Part shown: in pieces, positions 8,996 through 17,606 of the stretch
Layout: every line of letters starts with the position of its first letter
Numbering within the stretch: the stretch's first letter is position 1
NCBI GenBank assembly: GCA_016432425.1
Contig: CP066688.1
Coordinates: forward strand, 212,368 to 276,367
Origin: Candidatus Daviesbacteria bacterium
GTDB taxonomy: Bacteria; Patescibacteriota; Microgenomatia; Daviesbacterales; UBA10151
Direction: 5' to 3'
Length of the DNA: 64,000 nt
Translations under genes and position numbers: made by a program
Notes under the pieces: model-generated
What the model saw: only the letters and a program-made list of their open reading frames with translations
Database searches by the model: none
Told to the model about the DNA's origin: nothing

Positions 8996-9826
8996 ATGAA
9001 GGTACTTTTTGATATTGGGGCTACTCAAATTCGGGTGGCAGTTTCTGCTGATAACCAAATCATTTCCAATCCAATAGTTTTCCCTACTCCCCAAGAATTT
9101 AACCAGGGTATCACTCAAATCCAACAAGCAGCTTTGAAACTTTCTCAGGGGCAAAAAATTGAAGCTGCTGCCGGAGGAATTCCCGGCCCCTTAAATAAAC
9201 AAAAAAATTATGTGGCTAATTTCCCCAATATTGCTGACTGGAATAATAAACCCTTAAAACAAAGCTTGGAACAAGCTCTGGGAAGTAGCGTCTTTTTGGA
9301 AAATGACGCCAGCTTAGTTGGTTTAGGTGAAGCTGTTGTTGGTGCCGGAAAGAACAAAAAAATTGTCGCTTACATTACTGTCAGCACCGGAGTGGGAGGA
9401 GCCAGAATTGTGCAGGGGAAAATTGACCAAAAAGCAGGAGATTTTGAAATTGGCCATCAAATTATTGTCCCTAATGGCAGTATTTGCGGCTGTCAGGGCC
9501 TGGGCCATTTAGAAGCATACCTGTCCGGCAGCGCCATTGAGAAAAAATATCATCAAAAACCAGAGAGTATCAAAGATGGGGCAGTCTGGGAAGAAATGGC
9601 CAAATTCTTGGCTATTGGCATCAATAACACTATTGTTTATTGGTCGCCGGAAATCATAGTTTTAGGAGGAGGAGTGATGAAAGCTATCTCTTTGGATAAA
9701 GTTAAACTATACTTACAAGAAATTTTTACTATTTTCCCGGAAATTCCCCCTATTGAGCTAAATACCTTGGGCGATACCGGTGGTTTATATGGTGCACTGG
9801 AGTATTTAAAACAAAATTCTAGGTAG
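8996..9826 (+). CDS. ROK family sugar kinase
   Basis: DIGAT, ENDA, STGVGG, EIGH, CGCQGLGHLE. Confidence 0.93.
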   Translation: MKVLFDIGATQIRVAVSADNQIISNPIVFPTPQEFNQGITQIQQAALKLSQGQKIEAAAGGIPGPLNKQKNYVANFPNIADWNNKPLKQSLEQALGSSVFLENDASLVGLGEAVVGAGKNKKIVAYITVSTGVGGARIVQGKIDQKAGDFEIGHQIIVPNGSICGCQGLGHLEAYLSGSAIEKKYHQKPESIKDGAVWEEMAKFLAIGINNTIVYWSPEIIVLGGGVMKAISLDKVKLYLQEIFTIFPEIPPIELNTLGDTGGLYGALEYLKQNSR

Positions 9827-10151
9827 CAGCGTGCAGGAAAGCATTAATTACTGACAGCAGTATCGAAAAAAGCAAGGCCCAACCAAAGCCATCTACTACA
9901 AACCCGGGAACAATAAAGGTAGCCAGCATTATTAACAAGGCATTAATTACCAGGGTAAAAAGCCCTAAGGTTAAAATATTAATTGGTAAAGTCAGAAAAA
10001 CCAAAATAGGTTTTAAAACTGCATTGATAATTCCCAAAACTAAAGCTGCAACCAAGGCAGTAGTAAAACCGGCAATATGCACTCCGGGAAGTAAATAAGC
10101 CGCCGCCACAATCACCAAAGCCGAAACTCCCCAGTTAATCAAAATGGACAT
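9819..10151 (-). CDS. 4-TMS phage holin family / YvlD-like membrane protein
   Basis: INAVLKPILVFLTLPINILTLGLFTLVINA signature. Confidence 0.88.
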   Translation of the reverse strand: MSILINWGVSALVIVAAAYLLPGVHIAGFTTALVAALVLGIINAVLKPILVFLTLPINILTLGLFTLVINALLIMLATFIVPGFVVDGFGWALLFSILLSVINAFLHAAT

Positions 10152-10282
10152 GTTTTTAGTATAAACACACTAAATTATCCTTTGCAAGTTTAGGTTGACT
10201 ATGTGGTAATTTATTTCCTTTTCTATCTAATAAAGTAAAAGGCCTCTGGGAATTAACCGTGCATTTTGGCATACTTTAATGA

Positions 10283-11089
10283 ATGGGTACGCTTTTTGGT
10301 TCCTTATGTTGCTTGATGATAATTTCTTTTTTAAATTTTAATCCACTCGGCTCATTAGAAAGAATTTTTGCTCAACCGCTCCATCTGGTTAAAAAAACTT
10401 TTAATATCCACACTGTTACGCCTAAAAATTCTTACACCATTGTTTTAGTAGGTGATTCCATGACTGATTATTTGGGACCTACTGCAGATATTTTAAAAAA
10501 CTATCTTAAAGAATATTATCCCAATAAGAAAATTGAAGTTAAAAATTTTTCTGTGGGCTCAACCAATATTCTTACTTTACCTGATAGGTTGCAAAACCTA
10601 ACTAATTTTAACGGAACTATTTCCCAGCCTATTCTAAATTACGAGTTTGATGTCATCATCATTGAATCTTTTGGCCACAACCCTCTGTCTGATCCAAAAT
10701 GGGAAGACGGTTTCAAAAAGCACAATGAGGTTTTGGATAAAGCCAGGGAAATGATTAAACAAAGGAGGCCGCAGGCAATAGTAATACTGATGTCTACCAT
10801 TGCTCCCCACTCAGACAGATATGCTGAAGGGGTAGTCAATTTAACTACAGACGAGAGAAAACAGTGGGCCAGACACAGAAGTGCCTATATAAAAAATCAT
10901 ATTAAATATGCTCGGGATCACCAAATTCCTTTAATAAATATTTATGAGAAATCACTGGCAGATCAGGAAAGTGGCAATATTGATTATATAAATACTCATG
11001 ATTTTATCCATCCCTCACCTACAGGCATACTCTTTATCAGCCAAGAAATAGCTAATTTTATTTATAAAAACAGGATTTTACCTCTTTAA
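10283..11089 (+). CDS. SGNH/GDSL hydrolase, probably exported
   Basis: VGDSMT block I, GHN block III, DFIHP block V. Confidence 0.85.
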   Translation: MGTLFGSLCCLMIISFLNFNPLGSLERIFAQPLHLVKKTFNIHTVTPKNSYTIVLVGDSMTDYLGPTADILKNYLKEYYPNKKIEVKNFSVGSTNILTLPDRLQNLTNFNGTISQPILNYEFDVIIIESFGHNPLSDPKWEDGFKKHNEVLDKAREMIKQRRPQAIVILMSTIAPHSDRYAEGVVNLTTDERKQWARHRSAYIKNHIKYARDHQIPLINIYEKSLADQESGNIDYINTHDFIHPSPTGILFISQEIANFIYKNRILPL

Positions 11090-11194
11090 TTGTCGAATTT
11101 GCCAATTCCAACACCTGGGGTTAAATACGTTCAAACCTAAGGATTTATACAACAGTCTAAGGGTGTATTATAGCTCTAATCAATCCAGCTATAA

Positions 11195-11722
11195 CTTTGG
11201 ACAAACATTATACGGCCGTGGTACTTTTGTCCAATTATCTTATCCCACTTATTATTACTTTTTATTTGGTTAGATAAAACTCTTGTACTGAATTTTATTC
11301 AATCTTTATATGAGAATCCATATAATTGGCAGACTGAAAATATCTACTTCCTCCTCGCTAATGTAATAATTTTAATATTATTTGTCTTACTGCTTTTTGA
11401 GCGCCTTTGGGTAAATTTAAAGATTGTTTATTACAAATTAAAATATCCACTAAGAAATTTAAATGAAAATTTCTATATCATTAGTTTTCAAGGGAGGGTT
11501 TGCCTTTTAGATATTAAAACAAAACAACTTCGGTGGTTAAAAAATTGGCAAACAGCGTTAGATTTAGACTTTATTGGAGAATGGACTGATGTTGATGACA
11601 ACATTACTCATTCATCTAAATTGATGGACATTACTTTTAATACTAAAGACGGAATAAGGATAGAATTAAAAGATTTTAAATATGTGAATGGAATTCTAAC
11701 ACAAGGATTACCCGGTACTTAG
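11195..11722 (+). pseudogene. 175-codon open frame with two hydrophobic segments and no ATG/GTG/TTG near its 5' end
   Basis: Manual translation LWTNIIRPWYFCPIILSHLLLLFIWLDK...NIYFLLANVIILILFVLLLFERLW...GILTQGLPGT*; absent from the ORF track. Confidence 0.55.
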
Positions 11723-11727
11723 ATATT

Positions 11728-12327
11728 TTAAATCTTTTGAGCTAGAATAATTTGATGTCTTTCGTTTCCACCAATATCAATTTCATCTAGTAAGATTTTA
11801 AATCCAGCATTTTCAACAATCTCTTTATTTTTCTCTGCTCCATAATGGCTCCACCACATTTTTGTACCATGAAAGTTTTCTTCTAAACCTTCGTATTCAC
11901 CTGCCCCCATAGTTACTAAAATATACCCACCTTGAGGAAGAAAAGAATTTATCTTTTTAAATAAATCTTGATGCTTTTCTCTAGGAGTATGAAAAATTGC
12001 ATAAAAAGAAATAACAGCATCTACTTTATATTCATCTTCTTTAAGTTTAGACATATCCCTAACTTCAAAAGTTGCTTTGGGAACATTTGCCTTTGCTAAT
12101 TCTACTTGTTTTTCAGAAATATCAAAACCAATAACATTAAAACCTTTATTTACTAGATATTTATCTACTGGTACTCCAGAACCACAACCGATATCTAAAA
12201 CGATAGCACTAGGTTTCAGTAACTTTACCAGTTGTTCTAGGTATTTATTATTTTTAAATTGATCTCTTTTAGAAGAATAATTTTCTGCTGCTTTATTATA
12301 TCCTTGTCTTACTAAATCATTACTCAT
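11728..12327 (-). CDS. Class I SAM-dependent methyltransferase
   Basis: VLDIGCGSG motif I, GFDISE, LPQGG. Confidence 0.92.
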   Translation of the reverse strand: MSNDLVRQGYNKAAENYSSKRDQFKNNKYLEQLVKLLKPSAIVLDIGCGSGVPVDKYLVNKGFNVIGFDISEKQVELAKANVPKATFEVRDMSKLKEDEYKVDAVISFYAIFHTPREKHQDLFKKINSFLPQGGYILVTMGAGEYEGLEENFHGTKMWWSHYGAEKNKEIVENAGFKILLDEIDIGGNERHQIILAQKI

Positions 12328-12348
12328 ATATATTCTAGTTTTGGTTTT

Positions 12349-12834
12349 TTAATTATCAAACGTTAATACAGGGCCTTTCCATTTTTCATTATCTAAAACT
12401 ACTTCCTTGTAATTTCCATTAGTATATTCATTTACTACTTTATTCCAAAACTTTTGAGCGTCTTTATTCTGGTTAGTTTGCGTTACTTCCCACTTACCGG
12501 GGAACATATCAAAGATTTGTTTCGCAGCATTACTCCCTATGCCACCTCTTCTGTATTTTTTAAGGATAAAGAATTCTGCAATAGCATTTGCATCATCCGA
12601 AAGATATGTATGCTTATTTACCAATACAAAACCTGCTAACTTATCATCTACTTTAATAAAAAATGGATGTCTATTTTCTTCCTGCCAATAATTATCTAAA
12701 TACTTATAACCATATCTTCCATTTTCATCTAAATCAGAGTTACTAAACTCACTGAAATCATATTCATACAATTCCAATAAATTGGCTAATATATGTTTCT
12801 CTTCATCTCTGACTGTAACAAGTTCTATTTTTAT
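12349..12834 (-). CDS. GNAT family acetyltransferase (probable ATA start at 12834)
   Basis: EFFILKKYRRGGIG acetyl-CoA motif, N..AQKFW; frame open upstream of 12777 as (ATA)KIELVTVRDEEKHILANLL. Confidence 0.85.
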   Translation of the reverse strand: MKIELVTVRDEEKHILANLLELYEYDFSEFSNSDLDENGRYGYKYLDNYWQEENRHPFFIKVDDKLAGFVLVNKHTYLSDDANAIAEFFILKKYRRGGIGSNAAKQIFDMFPGKWEVTQTNQNKDAQKFWNKVVNEYTNGNYKEVVLDNEKWKGPVLTFDN

Positions 12835-13400
12835 AATCCTAATAATTTTAACACCTCTTCCTCTGCCTCATCAGACTTATCAAATATTTTATAGCCGTAT
12901 TTTTCTGCTTCTTCTTTATATTTTGGTCTCTCACAGTTAAAAAATAACTCTGCTTCCAGTTTTTGTAATTGTTCAGTTTGTCCCCACCTAGGATCTTGCT
13001 TATTCCTTTCAAATATTTCCTCAAATGATTTTCCTAATAAATAAACTCCTGGAAAATTAAAATCTCTTTTAGCTAAATGAGGTAATATATTTACTCCTTC
13101 AAAAATTGCTGATTTATGAGATTTAATTACCTCATTAATTTTATTTAGAATTGTTGGCCAAAATGCTTCTGATTGTTTTACTAGGTTTTCCCAGTGTTTC
13201 TCACAGGGCGTATTTTTTAAATATTCTTCTTCATCTTGATTAAAAAAGAAATTAACCCAATATTTTAATTGTGGATCCTTAGACATCTCTTTTCGTAAAG
13301 TGTCTACATCTAAATGAAACGCTCCAGTTTTTTCTGCAACCTTCTTTGCTAAATAACTTTTACCAGATGCGGGTATTCCTCCTATAAAAACATAGCTCAT
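12831..13400 (-). CDS. P-loop NTPase / small kinase
   Basis: FIGGIPASGKS Walker A, DVDTLR, IFEGV. Confidence 0.8.
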   Translation of the reverse strand: MSYVFIGGIPASGKSYLAKKVAEKTGAFHLDVDTLRKEMSKDPQLKYWVNFFFNQDEEEYLKNTPCEKHWENLVKQSEAFWPTILNKINEVIKSHKSAIFEGVNILPHLAKRDFNFPGVYLLGKSFEEIFERNKQDPRWGQTEQLQKLEAELFFNCERPKYKEEAEKYGYKIFDKSDEAEEEVLKLLGL

Positions 13401-13493
13401 GCAGAAAGTATAGCAAAAGAAGTTAATTTGTGCTTCAACATGTTCTATAAACTATTATCCTAGCAAATTTGCTATAGGGGGCATCGATATACT

Positions 13494-15071
13494 TTAGGTT
13501 TTTCTGAAAATTAATGTACTTCCATCTAGCATAGTTTCTACCCAGTCAACATCCCAATGCATACCCATCCAAAAACTGAATAAGTTGTTAAGATGTTTCT
13601 TGATTGCTTTTAGCTCTTTATTAGTAATAATTCTACTTCGTTTTTTTATTTCATCTACTACTGACAAAATACCTCTATTCCCCCATGTATTAACTGCATG
13701 AATAGATGGTCGTCCCTCAATCATAACAATTAGTGATTGCATGAGATGATCTTCCATAGTTCCCATATGTAGATGGGAAAACTTAATTTCATGCTGATTT
13801 TTTATAAGATTCTGTATTGTTGTTAACATCTGTTCGGCGGTATTATAAACAACTAAGTCTGGAGGTCTAACTTCTTCTGACCATATGAGATTATTTCTTA
13901 AAATATCATACCCGCCCCATTTAACCATCATTGTCACATTTTTTAATTCGTTATTTAAAATCTCAGCTGCTTTATCATTAGATGTGCTAGTTAAATATTT
14001 TTCTCCCGTTCTATACACCCCAGCTATGTTAACTTCTGGTTCATAACCGCTAATTGATTTTATAAATTCTCTATGCTTAGTTTCATCATTAGGGTTAACA
14101 AAAACGATTTCCATTTTATCCGCATAGTGTAAAAAATCTTCTAAATTAAAAAGGGCTTCGGAATTTCCAGCAAAGTTTATATTCATATTGGCTACAATCA
14201 TATTCCTCCCAGCTTCAATAAAAGTTTGAGCCTCCTTAGCTGTATCATCGATATCGTTAGGTGTAAATGTTTTAGGATTATCAGTAAATCCAGTAAGATA
14301 AGTAAGATATTTTGCAGCATTTTCTTTAGTTGTTGGTTCAAAATAGGTAATACCACAAGCATCGGCTATTTCTTTAAAACTTTTAGTGACTAACCAATTT
14401 TTATATCTAATTACTTCTATCAATTTCTCTAATCTCTTATTTGGATTTTTGTCCTCATTCATCAAATAGCTTTCAATTTTTGAGGGATCTGAAATTAAAT
14501 TAAGATTAGGGATATCATTTCTTATCCCAGTTTCAAGCGCAAGAAAACTGATCTTTCCAGTAAAAAAATCTCTATATCCCTTCGAAAAATCTATAACAAA
14601 TTTAAGTTTATTGAGCTTCTCTTGATATTTGTCGGGTAAATTTTTCTTAGCCCAATCTAATGCGTATCTTTTGTTTGTTAGATTGCTTAAATGAGCTACT
14701 TGAAACAGAGTAGCGAGACCTTCTTGGACAAAATCCTGAGCGTCAAGGAGTAGACTACCTAATTTGGCTTTTTGGTCTTCATCCAGGTGGTTAAAATTTT
14801 CTAGTAGATAAAGAACATTTTGAGTAACCTGACCATAATCAGTTTCCTTAGCCATTGCTGTGTGTGCCATTTCATGAGCAACCACACTATCAGCAATCTT
14901 TGGATCTCCAAGTAATTGGGAATAATCTAGTCCTATCCATTGACCAGATATGTTATAACGACCGGAAACAGTGTGATACCAACTACTCATACTCTGTAGT
15001 GTATGGGACGCAAAATAAAAGTCAAGATCATTTTGAATATACTGTGATATAAATTGTACCTCTTGAAACAA
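13494..15071 (-). CDS. Hypothetical protein with N-terminal gluzincin-type zinc metallopeptidase motif
   Basis: VVAHEMAH (HExxH) and downstream QEGLAT third-ligand motif; 525 aa, AT-rich. Confidence 0.6.
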   Translation of the reverse strand: MFQEVQFISQYIQNDLDFYFASHTLQSMSSWYHTVSGRYNISGQWIGLDYSQLLGDPKIADSVVAHEMAHTAMAKETDYGQVTQNVLYLLENFNHLDEDQKAKLGSLLLDAQDFVQEGLATLFQVAHLSNLTNKRYALDWAKKNLPDKYQEKLNKLKFVIDFSKGYRDFFTGKISFLALETGIRNDIPNLNLISDPSKIESYLMNEDKNPNKRLEKLIEVIRYKNWLVTKSFKEIADACGITYFEPTTKENAAKYLTYLTGFTDNPKTFTPNDIDDTAKEAQTFIEAGRNMIVANMNINFAGNSEALFNLEDFLHYADKMEIVFVNPNDETKHREFIKSISGYEPEVNIAGVYRTGEKYLTSTSNDKAAEILNNELKNVTMMVKWGGYDILRNNLIWSEEVRPPDLVVYNTAEQMLTTIQNLIKNQHEIKFSHLHMGTMEDHLMQSLIVMIEGRPSIHAVNTWGNRGILSVVDEIKKRSRIITNKELKAIKKHLNNLFSFWMGMHWDVDWVETMLDGSTLIFRKT

Positions 15072-15365
15072 AACTTCTAATTAGTATAGTGAAGAGGAGA
15101 AAAGTTCTTAAAATTTTTGCGTTTTTTGTTTCTTTTTACCTGCGCAGCAGGCAAACTTGTTTATTCCCAACCAACTTCTATCGAAATCAAGGCTATTTTC
15201 TCCTCGCGGCGCACCCCACCGCCGCGAGATTTTCCGCTTCGCGGTCCTCCAGTCCAAGTTTGCTGAGTGTACTGGTTAAGACCCATTTCGTCATTATAGT
15301 CTTTTGAATAAGCCCTAGACTTTTTATTTGCATGACATTAAGTCCTATTGCTTCTATTTGACCTA

Positions 15366-15394
15366 TTGACATTAGGTATAAAGGGGCTTATTCT
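15366..15394 (+). promoter_or_regulatory. Sigma70 promoter of the two-gene island operon
   Basis: TTGACA-17-TATTCT, 20 nt before ATG 15415; nearby short repeats CCTATTG and GACATTA. Confidence 0.6.
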
Positions 15395-15414
15395 TTAGTT
15401 CAGGACCTAATAAT

Positions 15415-16140
15415 ATGAAAATTATAACCTATCCAGTAGCATCATTCGTAAACGCCTTAGACTTAGCCAAGACTGTAGATAGCCTGGGTGACAATTGCGC
15501 ACACACTACATGCGCAACTAAAATGGGTAAAAAAATGAGTGGTGGATTCAAAGACATTATTGCCTCTGCGGTAAAATATGGAATGATTAAAAATAAAGGA
15601 GGCATACTCAGCTTAACTAGCGCATTTAAAGAATATAAGCTTTCTTATACTCCAGAGGAAGGAAAGGAGCATCTAATCAAACTGTTCTTGAGTCCACAAT
15701 TGTTTCAAGAAATTTATGCAAAATATAATAGCGTCGGACTACCTTCCCCAGACGTCTTGGAAAAAGCTCTTGTCAGAGAATTTGGAGTACCAGACAAATT
15801 TGCCACAAGAACCTCAACTTATTTTTTAAATGGGGCAAAGTATGTTGGGTTGCTTGGTGAACACAATAATTTTACCTCCAAAACTCAACCAACCACAGAT
15901 GTTACCTCTGAGCAAAAAGAGGGGACCGATATGCCCCATACTCCAGGCTTACCACAGCACGAGTCCAAACCAAACGACTATTCTGTCCAAATTGTAGGGC
16001 CAGGTATCGATACAAAATTAATACTTACAGAAGAGTCTGATTTTTTAATCTTAAACGCTATTTTAAATAAAGTGAAAAGTAAATTAACACCGGAGAAAAA
16101 GGGGAAAATAAAAGATGAAAATCCTCAATCCCCCGCTTAA
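15415..16140 (+). CDS. Hypothetical protein, probable winged-helix N-terminus
   Basis: 241-aa ORF; IASAVKYGMI...ILSLT wing-like pattern, low-complexity linker, short C-terminal domain. Confidence 0.7.
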   Translation: MKIITYPVASFVNALDLAKTVDSLGDNCAHTTCATKMGKKMSGGFKDIIASAVKYGMIKNKGGILSLTSAFKEYKLSYTPEEGKEHLIKLFLSPQLFQEIYAKYNSVGLPSPDVLEKALVREFGVPDKFATRTSTYFLNGAKYVGLLGEHNNFTSKTQPTTDVTSEQKEGTDMPHTPGLPQHESKPNDYSVQIVGPGIDTKLILTEESDFLILNAILNKVKSKLTPEKKGKIKDENPQSPA

Positions 16141-17041
16141 TCTGTGCGTGTCCATATTGGAGTTTTTGTACGAATTCAGTTCTAGAAAAAAAGAGTGTAG
16201 GAGAGATGTGTTGGAAAAACATTTTCAGCTGTCTCAGAGGTATCTAAACTCTGCCCTCTCTTTCTTAGAAATTCATAATCTTATAATCTACCCTGAGCCA
16301 GGAGTCATTACTCTATCAGATGAGGTATGCGACAAATTAAGCGTTTCATTAATAAATTCAAGAAAAATGCTACTTGATAGCCTGATGCAATCTCAGGCAT
16401 TTATAGAATTCACTTATTTTATAGGAAAAGGTAAGAATGAAAAAGAAAGTGTTAGACTAATTCTTTCCCTGTATGATATAAAGCAAAGCGAGGCTGTGGT
16501 CTTAAAAATTTTCCAAGAATGGATTAAGCTTTTAGGCATTAAAATTTCGGAAAAACCTTTAAAAAATCAAACATTAGATGGAATTAAAAACTCATTGCAA
16601 AATAAGCTTTATGCGAATAACTTTATAAAAGAGTTCTTGGACGATGATCTTCGTAATGTTTCGGAGCAAGTTATTACTGAGTTATCTAATGCAATAAAAG
16701 AAATTCCAGAAGATAACGAGGCTTCTATAAATGAGGGCGGCAGGGCGCTAGAAGACTTCTTGAGATTGGATTTAGCTAAAGACATTGATTTATCTCGCTG
16801 TTCTGGCATAGGTGAAATTGCTAACGAATTAAATAAATACCCTCAATATCCTAAGAAACTAAACAGCCTGTGTTTGGGATTATCCAGCGTTCGCTCTATT
16901 GGAAAAGCCCACGGTGCAGATAAAATATTAAAGGTTAAATGGTCTATTACAGAACACGGTGCGACTGGGTATATAATCATGGTGCTTTCTGTAATTAAAA
17001 GCTATCTAGTTTTCAAGCAGGAGAGTAAGACAGTTTTTTAG
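16115..17041 (+). CDS. Hypothetical protein, wHTH N-terminus plus HEPN/Abi_C-like C-terminus
   Basis: 308-aa ORF overlapping the upstream gene; ASINEGGRALEDFL helix and RSIGKAH (Rx5H) motif. Confidence 0.6.
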   Translation: MKILNPPLNLCVSILEFLYEFSSRKKECRRDVLEKHFQLSQRYLNSALSFLEIHNLIIYPEPGVITLSDEVCDKLSVSLINSRKMLLDSLMQSQAFIEFTYFIGKGKNEKESVRLILSLYDIKQSEAVVLKIFQEWIKLLGIKISEKPLKNQTLDGIKNSLQNKLYANNFIKEFLDDDLRNVSEQVITELSNAIKEIPEDNEASINEGGRALEDFLRLDLAKDIDLSRCSGIGEIANELNKYPQYPKKLNSLCLGLSSVRSIGKAHGADKILKVKWSITEHGATGYIIMVLSVIKSYLVFKQESKTVF

Positions 17042-17164
17042 AAAGAGTAGTAGCAGATGAGTATATCTGTCATATCTTTAAAAAGGTTCGATGGCAAAAG
17101 TGGGGTTTAGCAAAGACTTATAAACTAAATAGAGACCACGGTTGCTTATGAGTGCCCGGCCTTG

Positions 17165-17235
17165 CTGCGGGACAGGGATTCGAACCCCAATTTACACGTT
17201 CAGAGCGTGGCGTGCTACCATTACACCATCCCGCA
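17165..17235 (-). tRNA. tRNA-Gln(CTG), CCA not encoded
   Basis: TGCGGGA/TCCCGCA acceptor stem, TGGTGTAATGGTAGCAC D-arm, ctCTGaa anticodon loop, GGTTCGAATCC T-arm. Confidence 0.93.
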
Positions 17236-17277
17236 ATCTTATTTGGAATTATATCAGGTTTAAATCTACTTTTGAAT

Positions 17278-17574
17278 CTAGTGGGGGAATTTCCGCAGGA
17301 AAAAACCAGTTACTGCTCCGGAAAGAGCAAATACACCTAATAAATAGGTGGGGAAAGCAGTGTTGGGTAAATTTTGTCTCAAATTGGAATTTTGTCCCAC
17401 CACCTGAGGGGGGCCGCTAGGACTAACAGTTGGCGCTGGAGTAGTTACAACTGGAGGAGTTTCCACCACTCCTTGTCTATTAACCGCTCTTTGGGAAAAA
17501 ATAAAATATATTCCTGCCAAGCTTATTACTAACAGCCCTGCAATAATCAGTTTTATTCTCAAATCCAAATCCAT
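17278..17574 (-). CDS. Small secreted protein with LPxTG-like sorting signal
   Basis: N-terminal TM, P/T-rich linker, LPNTA + hydrophobic helix + RK tail. Confidence 0.7.
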   Translation of the reverse strand: MDLDLRIKLIIAGLLVISLAGIYFIFSQRAVNRQGVVETPPVVTTPAPTVSPSGPPQVVGQNSNLRQNLPNTAFPTYLLGVFALSGAVTGFFLRKFPH

Positions 17575-17606
17575 ACTCTCGGCAGTAGCGCTACTCTATC
17601 ACATTT

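Noticed and set aside
9819-10151. Holin-family gene as evidence of a prophage
   Set aside because: This 4-TMS family is common in chromosomes, and there are no phage structural, lysis or replication genes nearby.
17142-17420. Plus-strand ORFs across tRNA-Gln, and 44670-44888 across tRNA-Pro
   Set aside because: They are translations of tRNA antisense strands.
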